Of a DNA stretch of 64,000 bases, positions 11,361-21,494 are shown piece by piece. The translations under genes were made by a program, and so were the position numbers. Within the stretch, counting starts at the first letter, position 1, and every line of letters starts with the position of its first letter. Origin of the DNA: an uncultured Chloroflexia bacterium (GTDB lineage Bacteria; Chloroflexota; Limnocylindria; Limnocylindrales; CSP1-4); the NCBI GenBank assembly GCA_963713975.1, contig OY970218.1, positions 928,001 through 992,000 on the forward strand, written 5' to 3'. The notes beneath the pieces were generated by a model. That model had not been told where the DNA came from, did not search any database, and was given only the letters and a program-made list of their open reading frames with translations.

Positions 11361-12008
11361 ATGCCCACCCGCGTGCCCGACGCCCTGCCGCTGGAGCCCG
11401 CCCTGGCGCTGCTCGAGTTCGCCTCGATCGCCGTGGGCATCGAGGCCGGCGACGCGATGGTCAAGCGCGCGCCGGTGGACGTGGTGCGGGCGGGGACGAT
11501 CCACCCCGGCAAGTTCCTCGTGCTGGTCGCGGGGGCCGTGGCGGATGTCGAGGAGGCGCTTGCAGCCGGGGTCGCCGCCGGTGAATCGTGCCTCGTGGAC
11601 AGCGTGTTCCTGCCCAACATCCATCCCCGGGTCGTGGCGGCCCTGCGCGGCGAACGACGCACCGGGACGGGCGAGGCGCTCGGGATCGTGGAGACGGCGA
11701 CCGTCGCGGCCGCGATCGAGGCCGCGGATGCCGGGGTCAAGGGGGCGGCCGTCGAGCTCCTGGAGCTGCGCCTGGGCGATGGCCTGGGCGGCAAGGGGTA
11801 CCTCCTGTTCGACGGTTCCGTGTCCGACGTGGAGGCCGCGGTGTCCATCGCCGTGGAGCGGATCGACGACGGATCGCTGGGTGCCGTGCCCGGCGGTCGC
11901 TCGCCCATCGCGCGCGTGATCCCCCAGCTCCACCGCGAGATGCGAGCGGAGCTCGAGGCCTCGCCGCGGTTCGGGTCGCGGCTTGGCGCCGGCGGCGGGG
12001 AGTCCTAG
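11361..12008 (+). CDS. BMC-T shell protein, tandem BMC domains (single-layer type)
   Basis: ALALLEFASIAVGIEAGDAMVK...PGKFLVLVAG and ALGIVETATVAAAIEAADAGVK...DGLGGKG. Confidence 0.93.
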   Translation: MPTRVPDALPLEPALALLEFASIAVGIEAGDAMVKRAPVDVVRAGTIHPGKFLVLVAGAVADVEEALAAGVAAGESCLVDSVFLPNIHPRVVAALRGERRTGTGEALGIVETATVAAAIEAADAGVKGAAVELLELRLGDGLGGKGYLLFDGSVSDVEAAVSIAVERIDDGSLGAVPGGRSPIARVIPQLHREMRAELEASPRFGSRLGAGGGES

Positions 12009-12011
12009 GCG

Positions 12012-12296
12012 ATGCAGCTCGCGCGCGTGATCGGGACCGTGGTGGCCACGGTGAAGGCGCCGAACATGGACGGGCTGCGTCTGCTCATCGTCCAGCCGCT
12101 GACCCGCGAACTGGAACCCACCGGGCAGCCGGTCGTCGCCGCGGACGCCCTGGATATGGCCGGGCCCGGGGAGCTGGTATACATCGTCGCCGCCCGCGAG
12201 GCGGCCGAGGCGATGCCGGACCGGTTCGTGCCCGTCGACCACGCGATCGTGGGGATCGTGGATGCGGTCGAGGATCTCGCGGGGCAGCGGCCATGA
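12012..12296 (+). CDS. BMC-P vertex pentamer 2
   Basis: MQLARVIGTVVATVK...AGPGELV...REAA...VDHAIVGIVD. Confidence 0.94.
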   Translation: MQLARVIGTVVATVKAPNMDGLRLLIVQPLTRELEPTGQPVVAADALDMAGPGELVYIVAAREAAEAMPDRFVPVDHAIVGIVDAVEDLAGQRP

Positions 12297-12670
12297 AGCT
12301 GGGCCGGGTCGTGGCGAGCGTGGTGTCCACGATCAAGGCACCGATCTTCGAGGGCCGGGCGATGCTCCTGTGCGAGCTCCTGGAGCCCGACGGGCGCCCG
12401 TCGGGCGGCTACCTCATCGCGCTGGACACCGTCGGCGCCGGAGCGGGCGAGACCGTGCTGATCCTGGACGAGGGGACGAGCGCCCGCCAGATCACCGGGG
12501 CGTCGCACGGGCCACTGCGGACCGTGATCGTGGGAATCGTTGACGCGGTCGAGGGCCCGGCGAGCGCCGTCTCGGAGCCCGCGGCCGCCACAACGTCGCC
12601 GGCTCACGCTGCACGCTCGAGGGCTCGCACCGCCCGTGCGCGGGCCGGGAAGAACCGGGCCACCGGCTGA
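12293..12670 (+). CDS. BMC-P vertex pentamer 3 with basic C-terminal extension
   Basis: MKLGRVVASVVSTIK...DTVGAGAGETVLILDEGTSARQ...IVGIVD, then about 38-aa Ala/Arg tail; ATGA overlap. Confidence 0.92.
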   Translation: MKLGRVVASVVSTIKAPIFEGRAMLLCELLEPDGRPSGGYLIALDTVGAGAGETVLILDEGTSARQITGASHGPLRTVIVGIVDAVEGPASAVSEPAAATTSPAHAARSRARTARARAGKNRATG

Positions 12671-12682
12671 GCCACAACCACG

Positions 12683-12846
12683 ACGTGCGCCAGACGCACG
12701 GTTTCCGGACACCCCCGCCGACAACGTGCGTGCCGGTCACGAGCTTGGCCCAGCCAGGGTCCAGTGGCGCGTCCAGGGGTCTGCGCTCGTGCGCTCGGTG
12801 CACGTGCCAGACCGGCGGGCCCAGAAAGCGTGCATGGGCCGCACGA
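12683..12846. repeat. 164-bp four-unit palindromic intergenic element, copy A (REP/BIME-like)
   Basis: GTGCG-N5-YGCAC-like motifs start at 12685 and 12726 (+) and end at 12803 and 12844 (-); 41-bp period. Confidence 0.65.
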
Positions 12847-13015
12847 GCGCTTCGGCAACGCGCCAGGCGCCGCGCGCCGGCCGCACGGGCGTTCGGCGGG
12901 CGCGCTGGCGCGTCGGCAGCACCCGACGCACCGGGCGCGGCAACAGACGACGCACCGCACCCCGAGGACGATCCTGCTCCGGCGCGCTACCCTGCGTGTA
13001 ACGCACGGAGGAACC

Positions 13016-13216
13016 ATGGCCGACACCCCGAAGGCCGGCGACGTCGTCCCGGCCACCACCCGCGAAGAGCTCCTGGTCCAGCACGCCGCCGCCCGGCAGC
13101 GCCGGAATGCGGCGTCGCTCGGCAGCCACGAGTGGGAGCAGGCGAGCCACGACGTGGGCCGGATCGAGGTGGAGATCGCCCAGCTTGAGCGGGCGATGGA
13201 CCCGCCGCGGGTCTAG
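13016..13216 (+). CDS. Small hypothetical helical protein (66 aa)
   Basis: GGAGGAACC-ATG; coding-like codon usage. Confidence 0.7.
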   Translation: MADTPKAGDVVPATTREELLVQHAAARQRRNAASLGSHEWEQASHDVGRIEVEIAQLERAMDPPRV

Positions 13217-13322
13217 ACGCGGCAGAGAGGAACCCGAGACCGAGATCCACGCCCTTCCAATCTCGGCATCGGCCGCCGGCCCCCGGACTGGGTTGCCCGG
13301 GGGTCCTGTTATCGTGCGGCCG

Positions 13323-13838
13323 ATGGACGGCGTGGTGCTCGTGCTCAACCAGAACTACGAGCCGCTGAACGTCTGCAACCTCCCGCGGGCGTTCCGTCTC
13401 GTGTTCGGCTCCAAGGCGGAGGTCATCGAGTACGACCACGCCACCATCCGCACCGTCCGCGCCGCCTATCGCGCCCCCTCGGTGATCCGGCTCCAGCACC
13501 AGGTCCGGCGTCCGCGCCCGCGGGTCAAGCTGACACGACGCGAGATCTTCGCGCGCGACCGGCACACCTGCCAGTACTGCGGGCGCATCGCCCACGACCT
13601 CACGCTGGACCATGTCGTGCCGCGCCACCGCGGAGGCAGCCACACTTGGGAGAACCTCGTGGCGGCCTGCAAGCCCTGCAACCATCGCAAGGGCGGCCAC
13701 ACGCCGGAGGAGGCGCGACTGCGGCTTACCCGTACGCCGTTCGAGCCGCGCAGCGACATCTACTCGCTGTTCACGCCCTACCTCGACGACACCCGGAACG
13801 AGGCGTGGCGGACCTACCTGTTCCTCGGCCGGAACTAA
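13323..13838 (+). CDS. HNH endonuclease (McrA-like)
   Basis: VLVLNQNYEPL, PSVIRL, RDRHTCQYCG, TLDHVVPR..GG..TWENLVAACKPCN..KG. Confidence 0.93.
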   Translation: MDGVVLVLNQNYEPLNVCNLPRAFRLVFGSKAEVIEYDHATIRTVRAAYRAPSVIRLQHQVRRPRPRVKLTRREIFARDRHTCQYCGRIAHDLTLDHVVPRHRGGSHTWENLVAACKPCNHRKGGHTPEEARLRLTRTPFEPRSDIYSLFTPYLDDTRNEAWRTYLFLGRN

Positions 13839-13848
13839 CACCGGCGCC

Positions 13849-15240
13849 ATGATCTCCGAGGATGCCGCCGGGGCGCGCCTTGCCCACGTCGTCCCCGACA
13901 CCGTGATCGAGATCCTCGATGACCTGCGCGAAGCCGGCTACGCGGCCTACGTGGTGGGCGGGTCGCTCAGGGACGCGCTCCTCGACCGCGAGCCGTCCGA
14001 CTGGGACCTGGCGACGGACGCGCTCCCTGGGCGCCTGGTGGAGCTGCTCCACGGCGCCGTCTACGAGAACCGGTTCGGCACCGTGGCGGTTCGCCGCAAC
14101 GACGACGTCTACGAGATCACGACCTTCCGTACCGAGCACGAGTACGCCGATTTCCGGAGGCCGCACCGCGTCGAGTTCGGAACAGACGTCACGGCTGACC
14201 TGGCCCGGCGCGACTTCACTGTCAACGCCATCGCCTGGGGCCGCGATGCCGGGGCTACCGCGGACAAGGCCATCGTGGACCCGTTCGGGGGTATCGCAGA
14301 CCTGGGGCGTCACCTGCTGCGAGCCGTGGGTGATCCGGACGCCCGGTTCCGTGAGGATGCGCTGCGCATGATCCGCGCCGTGCGCCTGGCCGCAGCGCTC
14401 GAGTTCGAGATCGAGCCCGCCACCCTGGCCGCGATCCGCGCCAACGCGTCGCTGGTCGCCCACCTCTCCGGGGAGCGCATCGGCGCCGAGCTGGAGAAGC
14501 TTCTGGCTACGCCAAGGCCGTCGATCGGGCTGCGCCTGGCCCAGGAGACGGGCCTCCTGGCCGTGATCTCGCCCGACCTCGCCGCCCAGTGTGGCATCCC
14601 GCAGAACAAGGTGCCCGGCGAGGACCTCTGGGACCACACGCTCGGGACGGTCGATGCGGCGCCGGCATCGCGGCCCGTGATCAGGCTGGCCGCGCTCCTC
14701 CACGACATCGGCAAGCCAGCGACCCAGTCCGACGGCCACTTCCACCACCACGACGTGGTGGGGGCCCGCATCGCCGGTTCCTTCCTGCGCAGGCTCCGGT
14801 TCCCGCGAGCCGCCGCCGAAGACGTCTCGCACCTCGTCCGCCATCACATGTTCTGGGCCGATCCGGACCTGACCGACGCCGCCGTCCGCCGGTTCCTCAA
14901 GCGCGTGGGCGCGCGTCATCTCGACAACCTGTTCGCGCTGCGTCGGGCAGACGACATCGGCTCCGGCATGGACCCGGACGACCCCGGCCAGCTGCGGTTC
15001 CGGGCCCGGCTCGATGCGGAGCTGGAAGCCGCAGCCGCGCTTGACCGCCACGCGCTCGCCATCGACGGCGATGACCTCATGCGCGAGCTCGGGCTGGAGC
15101 CCGGGCCGATGCTGGGCCACATGATCGACGCCCTCGTGGACCGGGTGATCACGGATCCTGCCCTCAACGAGCGCGCATCGCTGCTGCTCCTTGGACAGGG
15201 CATGCTTGCGGACATGGACGAAGGACCGGGCGACCGATGA
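13849..15240 (+). CDS. cca: CCA-adding enzyme / poly(A) polymerase family with HD domain
   Basis: VGGSLRD, DWDLAT, EITTFR, DLARRDFTVNA, EDALRMIRAVR, LLHDIGK. Confidence 0.88.
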   Translation: MISEDAAGARLAHVVPDTVIEILDDLREAGYAAYVVGGSLRDALLDREPSDWDLATDALPGRLVELLHGAVYENRFGTVAVRRNDDVYEITTFRTEHEYADFRRPHRVEFGTDVTADLARRDFTVNAIAWGRDAGATADKAIVDPFGGIADLGRHLLRAVGDPDARFREDALRMIRAVRLAAALEFEIEPATLAAIRANASLVAHLSGERIGAELEKLLATPRPSIGLRLAQETGLLAVISPDLAAQCGIPQNKVPGEDLWDHTLGTVDAAPASRPVIRLAALLHDIGKPATQSDGHFHHHDVVGARIAGSFLRRLRFPRAAAEDVSHLVRHHMFWADPDLTDAAVRRFLKRVGARHLDNLFALRRADDIGSGMDPDDPGQLRFRARLDAELEAAAALDRHALAIDGDDLMRELGLEPGPMLGHMIDALVDRVITDPALNERASLLLLGQGMLADMDEGPGDR

Positions 15241-15662
15241 TCGAGCTGCTCCTCCAGGCGGAACGCGCCCTGACCGTCGGAATGGTGGACCAGGCGGAGA
15301 CCCTGTACCGGTCCGCCGTCGCCGCCGACCCGAAGAACTCGATCGCCGTCGTGGGCCTCGCCCGCGTGGCGCTCGAGCGCGGCGACGAGCCCGAGGCCTG
15401 GCGCTTGGCGCGGCAGGCCCTGGTGATCGACCCGGAGAACGTGGCGGCGCAGCGCCTGGCGGGCCGCCTGGAAGAGGTCTACGCCTACCGCGGGCAATCG
15501 CTGCCCGAGCTCGCGGGTGCGGCCGCCTCCGATGGCGTCGGCACGGGCAGCGCACCCGGCGCCTCGCAGGCCGACGTTCCCACGACTGTCCCGGAGGATC
15601 CGGCGCCGCCCACGACGACGCGGGACGTCGTGAGCCGCCTGTTCAGGAGGAGCCGCTCATGA
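15237..15662 (+). CDS. Tetratricopeptide repeat protein
   Basis: AETLYRSAVAADPKNSIAVVGLARV and ALVIDPEN TPR motifs. Confidence 0.75.
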   Translation: MIELLLQAERALTVGMVDQAETLYRSAVAADPKNSIAVVGLARVALERGDEPEAWRLARQALVIDPENVAAQRLAGRLEEVYAYRGQSLPELAGAAASDGVGTGSAPGASQADVPTTVPEDPAPPTTTRDVVSRLFRRSRS

Positions 15663-16669
15663 GGGTCCTGGTCACCGGCGGCGCCGGCTACGTCGGCGGC
15701 GTGTCCGTGGACGCCATCCTGGCCGCCGGCCACGAGGCGGTCGTGCTGGATGACCTCAGCACCGGTCACGAGGCGGTGGTGCCGCCGGCCGCGCGCCTGG
15801 TCCGCGGCAGCTACGGCGACGAGGCCCTGGTGCGCGAGCTGCTCGTGGACGAGCACATCGACGCCGTCCTGCATTGCGCCGCGCGGTCGCTGGTTGGCGA
15901 GAGCGTCGCCAACCCGGCGAAGTACTACCGCGACAACGTCGCCGGCGGGATCGTGCTGCTCGAGGCGGCGAGGTCGGCCGGGGTCGGGCGCCTGGTGTTC
16001 TCCTCCACCGCTGCCGTCTACGGCGTCCCGGCATCCACGCCCATCGCGGAGGACGCTCCGCTCCGCCCGATCAACACCTACGGCGAGACCAAGCGGACCT
16101 TCGAGGGCGCCCTGCACTGGTACGGCGCGGCGTACGGCCTCCGGAGCGTGATCCTGCGCTACTTCAATGTCGCCGGTGCCACAGAGCGCCTGGGCGAGGT
16201 CCACCGGCCCGAGACGCACCTGATCCCCAACGCCCTCCTGGCGGCCGAGGGCGGACCGGCGCTGACGCTCTTCGGCGAGGACTACCCGACGCCGGACGGC
16301 ACACCGGTCCGCGACTACATCCACGTGGCCGACCTGGCCGACGCCCACGTGGCGGCCTTGGAGGCGACGGCGCTCGACGATGCACGGACCGGCCCGGCCC
16401 AGGGTGGCTGCGAGCCCTTGATCTGCAACCTCGGCACATCGGCCGGCTTCTCCGTGCGCGAGGTCCTGGCCACCGCCGCCAGCGTCGTGGGCGACCCGAT
16501 CCCCCACACGGTTGCTCCTCGGCGTGCCGGCGACCCGCCCGTCCTCGTGGCCTCGAATGCGCGCGCGCGCGACGTCCTGGGCTGGGAGCCGCGCCGCTCC
16601 ACCCTCGATGAGTTGCTGGGCTCCGCGTGGGCGTGGCGGTGTGCGCACCCGGAGCGCTACCGGGACTGA
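15659..16669 (+). CDS. galE: UDP-glucose 4-epimerase
   Basis: VTGGAGYVG, FSSTAAVYG, YGETK, RYFNVAGA, DYPTPDGTPVRDYIHV. Confidence 0.95.
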   Translation: MRVLVTGGAGYVGGVSVDAILAAGHEAVVLDDLSTGHEAVVPPAARLVRGSYGDEALVRELLVDEHIDAVLHCAARSLVGESVANPAKYYRDNVAGGIVLLEAARSAGVGRLVFSSTAAVYGVPASTPIAEDAPLRPINTYGETKRTFEGALHWYGAAYGLRSVILRYFNVAGATERLGEVHRPETHLIPNALLAAEGGPALTLFGEDYPTPDGTPVRDYIHVADLADAHVAALEATALDDARTGPAQGGCEPLICNLGTSAGFSVREVLATAASVVGDPIPHTVAPRRAGDPPVLVASNARARDVLGWEPRRSTLDELLGSAWAWRCAHPERYRD

Positions 16670-16803
16670 CGGACGCGGCGCGGCGGCGCAGCGGTGCAGC
16701 CGGCTGGCCTCCGCCTGCGCCGAGGCTGCGGGGTGTACCGTTGCGGCGGTTCCGCCACTCGGCCGATACGCCGCGGGGGCGGCTGGAGCAGGTTCAGGGC
16801 CAC

Positions 16804-17079
16804 ATGCACGGCAACACCGGCGATCTCGACACGGAGCGGGCGGCGCAGGGCGCCACGATCGGTGGCGCCCCGGCCCTGCCCGGTGACGGCGTGGAGCAGC
16901 CCTTGGGACGAGAGGTGGCTCCCGATCTCGCCGGTTCAGAACGGGAGCCTGCCATGCGATCGCGCCAGCGTGGCCCACGCCCGCTGGTCTTCGTCCTGGT
17001 CCTGACGGGCGTGATGATGGCGTTCGCGATCATCGTGGCCGTGTGGATGTACTGGCTCGCACCCGCACTCACGGTCTGA
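16804..17079 (+). CDS. Small protein with C-terminal TM helix
   Basis: LVFVLVLTGVMMAFAIIVAVWMYW hydrophobic segment; start uncertain (16804 or 16953). Confidence 0.5.
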   Translation: MHGNTGDLDTERAAQGATIGGAPALPGDGVEQPLGREVAPDLAGSEREPAMRSRQRGPRPLVFVLVLTGVMMAFAIIVAVWMYWLAPALTV

Positions 17080-17129
17080 GGCACCCCAAACTCAGGCCTC
17101 GGCCCGACGTACGCCCGGGGGTGGTCCTG

Positions 17130-19622
17130 CTACGGCACCACGAGGTGCACGGGGTTGCCCTTGATCGCCGCCGTCCACGTGGTGACGTCGTTGGACGTCC
17201 CGCTGCCGGTCATGGCGTACTTGATCTTCCACCACCCGTCCTGGTCGCCCGAATAGTTGGTGGGGATCGGGATGGTGAGCGTGAGCCAGCAGCCGTTGAA
17301 GCTGCCGGTCGTGCTGCCCACGTTCGTGAGGACCGACATGTTGGTGGGCGACGAATTCGAGTTCGAGTTGCACGCGGTGTTGGCACCGCCGGTGGTCCCA
17401 GCGCTTGCCGCGTAGGTGAACTCCGTGTCAGTCCAGCCAAAGGTCGTCGGACGCTGGATGTAGAGCCTCGCCGCGAGCGGGTTGGTGTCTCCGGGATCCC
17501 AGAGGTTGATCTCCAGGAGCTTGCCGGCGTAGAACTCCGGCACCTGGGCGAGGTAGAAGTCCGAGTTCGTGGTGCCGCCATTGGAGGTCAGCGGGGTGAA
17601 CATCTGCATGGCGCCCAGGCCGTAAACCTGTGGCAGCCGGGAGGCCACCGCTTGGCCCTCGGTATTGTCCGCGAAGATCGCGAAGCTCTGCTCCCCGTTC
17701 GTGCTCCTCTGGTCCACCGCGCCCGACGAGGTCGTGTGGACGCGGTAGGTGATACCTCCGGACAGGCCGCTGGCCAGCAGGTACCAGGAGTTGTGGTAGT
17801 CACGGGCGTCGCCGTAGGCCATGTCGTCCCGCTGCAGACACTCGCTGGGGTTGGAGCCACCGGTGGTGCCGCCGCCCATCGAGGAGTCCCTGGCCCTGAT
17901 GTCCTGGAAGGTCGACCCAGAGGTGGTCAGGAGGCTGTCGTCGGAGTTGTCGTAGGGCGTGTTGTTGGGGTCGGTCCAGACCTCGTACCAGGAGCTCACG
18001 GCAGTGGTGCCGCTGAACCATCGGTCACCGGTGCCGCTACCGGCCGCCGTCGCACAGAAGGTCGGGTCGAAGACGAAGATCCTTCCGCCGGACGTCCCGG
18101 CCGGCATCTTGACGGCATAGTTGTAGTAGTTGACCGGGTCGTAGCAGGCGTTGCCGGCAGACGGACAGGTCTGCGCCGCCGTGGACGTCGCCGTGTCGTA
18201 GTACGGCTGGTACGCATCCCCGTTGACGTTCGCCGAGCCCTGGGTGTTCATCGTGGCCCAGAAGCCCCGCGGGTTGAGGACCTGCCCGTTGCCGGCGGGC
18301 GTGCCGAGGTAGCAGCCCGCCACGCCGTTGGCGCACGCCGTGCCGGGTCCACGGAGCCGGTAGGTTGCGGTCGTGGTGTTGGTGGTGGTGGTCTCCGTTG
18401 CCGTGGTCGTCGTGACCGTGTAGTACGGAGTGACCCGGAGCTGGTCCACCTGCAGGTTCACGCTCGCGGTGCTGCAGCCCTTGATGGCGGTCAGGCGGAC
18501 CCGGAAGTTCGCGTCACTGAAGTCGTCACTCGACCAGGAATGGCTTCCCCACGGCGACGTGTTGCTGTTGTTGCCGAGGGTGTAGTCACCACTTGTCGTG
18601 CTCGTCCCGAGCAACCCGGTGTTGACCACCGTGGACCAGTTCGAGCCCCCGTTCCAGGACAGCGACACACCGATCCTGGAATTGGCGCAGGTTGCCGTCC
18701 TGCGCGCGTCGGCGAGCAGGACCTGGAGCCCGACGATGTTGGTTGCCTTGCTCTGGTCGCCCGCGTTGGTCGGGCTCGGCATGGCGACGTCAGCCGGGAT
18801 GGCACTCGAGGACAGGAAGCCGAAGTCACCCCACTCCTGGTTGGCGCCGTTGGATGCGCTCTGGGCGTAATAGATCGTCCCACTGGTCTCATTGGTCTCC
18901 ACGGCCTGGGCCAGGGTCCTGGACGGACTGGTGGGCGTGACAGTCCAGGTGGCCGTTCCCGGCGAGGTCGTCGCGGTCGCGGGTCCCGCCGCCTGCCCGC
19001 TCGAGGTCGATTGAGTCCACGAACCCGGGGGGTCCAACTGCGTCGTCACGTTCGTCATCGTCGCGTTGCGGACGTCACCGAACACGCCGTAGTAGTTCTC
19101 GGGGCTGCCCATTGGCACGGGCAGGGTGTAGAGCGCCTTGGACGACCGGGTCGCCGTGATGTTCTGGATCCCGAACACCCGCATGAAGAACGTGCCCACG
19201 GGCGCGGAGATCGTGACGTTCATCTGGTTCCGGTTCGTTGAGTCCTGGTGGGCGCACATGCCCGGCACGCCTGTCGGGTTGTCGCCGGAGCAGCCCATTG
19301 GCAGCGAGGGGTAGCCGTTCTTGCCGGCCTGCGCCTGAGCATCGTCACGGGCGTCCGTGGGGCGGGTCGGGAGCTGGACGGCGCCGGCGAGCGCGGCGGC
19401 GTCGGCGGCACGTTGCACGCGGAGGGTGTTGGTCCAGTACCAGCTGATGTCGATGACGACCCCGACCAGGCCAATGATCACGAAGATCGCCATCACGAAG
19501 ACGACGAGCATCTGGCCCCGCTGGGCCAGCGTCCTCGCGACGGTCGGCGACGCCGCGGAACGCCGGGGCGGGGTTTCGTTCAAGGCAAGGGTCTCGGTCT
19601 CGACGAGGCTGGTCGCCTGCAT
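17130..19622 (-). CDS. TadG-like (Tad domain) surface/pilus protein, Ser/Thr/Cys-rich
   Basis: RGQMLVVFVM...VIDISW...QRAADAAALAGA Tad N-terminus; long beta-rich body; ends PVHLVVP. Confidence 0.85.
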   Translation of the reverse strand: MQATSLVETETLALNETPPRRSAASPTVARTLAQRGQMLVVFVMAIFVIIGLVGVVIDISWYWTNTLRVQRAADAAALAGAVQLPTRPTDARDDAQAQAGKNGYPSLPMGCSGDNPTGVPGMCAHQDSTNRNQMNVTISAPVGTFFMRVFGIQNITATRSSKALYTLPVPMGSPENYYGVFGDVRNATMTNVTTQLDPPGSWTQSTSSGQAAGPATATTSPGTATWTVTPTSPSRTLAQAVETNETSGTIYYAQSASNGANQEWGDFGFLSSSAIPADVAMPSPTNAGDQSKATNIVGLQVLLADARRTATCANSRIGVSLSWNGGSNWSTVVNTGLLGTSTTSGDYTLGNNSNTSPWGSHSWSSDDFSDANFRVRLTAIKGCSTASVNLQVDQLRVTPYYTVTTTTATETTTTNTTTATYRLRGPGTACANGVAGCYLGTPAGNGQVLNPRGFWATMNTQGSANVNGDAYQPYYDTATSTAAQTCPSAGNACYDPVNYYNYAVKMPAGTSGGRIFVFDPTFCATAAGSGTGDRWFSGTTAVSSWYEVWTDPNNTPYDNSDDSLLTTSGSTFQDIRARDSSMGGGTTGGSNPSECLQRDDMAYGDARDYHNSWYLLASGLSGGITYRVHTTSSGAVDQRSTNGEQSFAIFADNTEGQAVASRLPQVYGLGAMQMFTPLTSNGGTTNSDFYLAQVPEFYAGKLLEINLWDPGDTNPLAARLYIQRPTTFGWTDTEFTYAASAGTTGGANTACNSNSNSSPTNMSVLTNVGSTTGSFNGCWLTLTIPIPTNYSGDQDGWWKIKYAMTGSGTSNDVTTWTAAIKGNPVHLVVP

Positions 19623-19633
19623 GGTCGTACTCA

Positions 19634-20269
19634 CTAGCTGGATACGCTCGTCGGGTTGAACTGCATGACGGTCACGTCGTTCATCGTCAGCGTCGACACC
19701 ACCGGGGTCGACCCCTGGTACGTGTAGCTGATCGAGACGCCGATGGAGGCCGGCGTTCCACTGCCGACGGGCTTGTTCGATCGGAGGCATGCGCTCCAGT
19801 TGCCGGAGCTGCTCGGCCGGAAGTTGACCTGGGTACCGTCAGGAAGGGTGTACTTGGAGGCGGAGTAGACCCAGGTGTTGCCGGTCCCGGAGTCCGCGCC
19901 GGTCGAGGTCGCCAGGAAGATCCGGATCGTGCCGACGTGGTCGAGCGGGATCGGCGAACCGGAGGAGCTCAGGACGCGGTCCACGGCCTCGATGATGACC
20001 GGGTCCACGTTCGCGGCGTTGGGGGACTGGCCGGTGCTGCAGCCGAGCGTCCCGCCACCGTTCACCAGGTCCGCGCCGATTCGGGCGCCCTCGCGGGTCG
20101 CGTAGCCCAGCGTCAGGTGGTGGTTGAACGCGAGGCCGAACTCCAGCATGCCCAGAAGCAGGAGCATGAAGACCGGCACGACCAGCGCAAACTCGACCAG
20201 CCCCTGGCCGCGCGCACCTTCCGCCGGGCGGCCCTCCGGCATCGAACCGCGATGCCTCTGCCGGCTCAC
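19634..20269 (-). CDS. TadE/TadF-like pseudopilin
   Basis: RGQGLVEFALVVPVF...EFG...ATREGAR; GTGA overlap with upstream stop. Confidence 0.88.
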   Translation of the reverse strand: MSRQRHRGSMPEGRPAEGARGQGLVEFALVVPVFMLLLLGMLEFGLAFNHHLTLGYATREGARIGADLVNGGGTLGCSTGQSPNAANVDPVIIEAVDRVLSSSGSPIPLDHVGTIRIFLATSTGADSGTGNTWVYSASKYTLPDGTQVNFRPSSSGNWSACLRSNKPVGSGTPASIGVSISYTYQGSTPVVSTLTMNDVTVMQFNPTSVSS

Positions 20270-20907
20270 AGGATCGGCTCCATGCGCATCTCGTTGGACC
20301 GGACGATGGTGTAGCCGCCCCCGCCCGAGCTGATGAAGTTGCGCAGCGGCGTATGCCATGTGTACCGGTAGGTGATCTGGACCCCGACGGCATCACGCGT
20401 CCGGTCGGCGTTGGTCGGGCAACCGTTCAGGAAGTCACACCGGCCGCCGACACCAGTCGAGAGGCTCGGGAGTCCCTCCGGGTAGTTGTTCGAGGTCCGG
20501 GAGAACGGCACGGCCGCCGACCCGCCGTAGGCGCTGCAGTTCGTCGTCGCGTTCGACGGGTTGCCGGCCGTGCCGGTGTGGGCATAGACATTGCCCGATC
20601 CGGAGTAGCTGCCGGTCCAAGGAGCGCCGGATGGCTTCGCCCGGTAGATGATGATCTCCTCGATCGCACCGCCGTCTACCGGCGGTCGCATGTCCTCGAG
20701 CACCTTGGCGATGATCACGCAATCGGCGCCCGTGCTGGACCCGGCCTCGGCGGCGATAAGCGAGGCATCCCGGGTAGCGTAGTTGGCGCTCAGCACGGCG
20801 TTGAAGACGAACGCGAACTCGATGATCGCGAGCAGCATCATGATGAAGATCGGGAAGACCAGCGCAAACTCGACCAGGGTCTGCCCCGAGTCGCGGTTTG
20901 GCCGCAT
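20266..20907 (-). CDS. TadE-like pseudopilin
   Basis: SGQTLVEFALVFPIF...EFA...ATRDAS; ends MRMEP; alternative start 20946. Confidence 0.88.
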   Translation of the reverse strand: MRPNRDSGQTLVEFALVFPIFIMMLLAIIEFAFVFNAVLSANYATRDASLIAAEAGSSTGADCVIIAKVLEDMRPPVDGGAIEEIIIYRAKPSGAPWTGSYSGSGNVYAHTGTAGNPSNATTNCSAYGGSAAVPFSRTSNNYPEGLPSLSTGVGGRCDFLNGCPTNADRTRDAVGVQITYRYTWHTPLRNFISSGGGGYTIVRSNEMRMEPIL

Positions 20908-21082
20908 CGACAAACGGTGAATTGCCACTGACAGTCCCACGTGCATGGCGCGTGGATGCGCCTCCTCGCACCCTACGGGGCGCGCAGGGTCAATTCGCAT
21001 CCCCCAGAAGTCAGGGTGCGGGCGGTCAACCTGTCGTCTCACGGCATTCATGGTCCGTGCATTCGAGCAGCGGAACCTTTCG

Positions 21083-21425
21083 CCCGACATTGCATCCCAG
21101 CAGCAGGGAGTACCAGGCGGCGGAGACCCTCCGCCCGCATCACATCCCTCCGCCACCGCCAACCACACCGGACCGACGGGGCCGCGCAGTCGCCGGGCAC
21201 CCTGATGGTGCGAGTCCGCACCGGTGAGCAGCGCTGGCCGCTGGCATGGCCACCAGGGGTGACCGCCCCGGATTCCCGGCCGTGATTCCCTTCGGGTGCG
21301 ATACCCCCAGGCCCGTACGACGGGGGCAATGGGGATGGGAACAAGGCCTGGTCGCGCTGGGACCATCGCGCGGTGCGGGACGGCAACACCAGGACGATTT
21401 CCGCAAGGTGATCTGCAATGTCGGG
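21083..21425. repeat. 12-bp perfect inverted repeat pair between divergent Tad cassettes
   Basis: CCCGACATTGCA (21083-94) and TGCAATGTCGGG (21414-25). Confidence 0.7.
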
Positions 21426-21494
21426 AGGCCTACATTCCCGTCCCCATGGCGCGTGGTCGCGCCGCCAGCGTCCCTCACATCCGGGGTATGGATC

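Noticed and set aside
12683-12846. 41-bp periodic units as a CRISPR array
   Set aside because: Units are degenerate, half are inverted, the period is too short and there are no cas genes.
12992-13008. Solo TGCG-N5-CGCAC motifs (also about 62018-62032) as extra copies of the 164-bp element
   Set aside because: No partner at 41 bp; single hits are plausible by chance at this GC content.
13323-13838. HNH nuclease as BMC cargo or defence system
   Set aside because: No encapsulation peptide, has its own promoter signal, belongs to a widespread stand-alone family, and lies beside housekeeping cca/galE.
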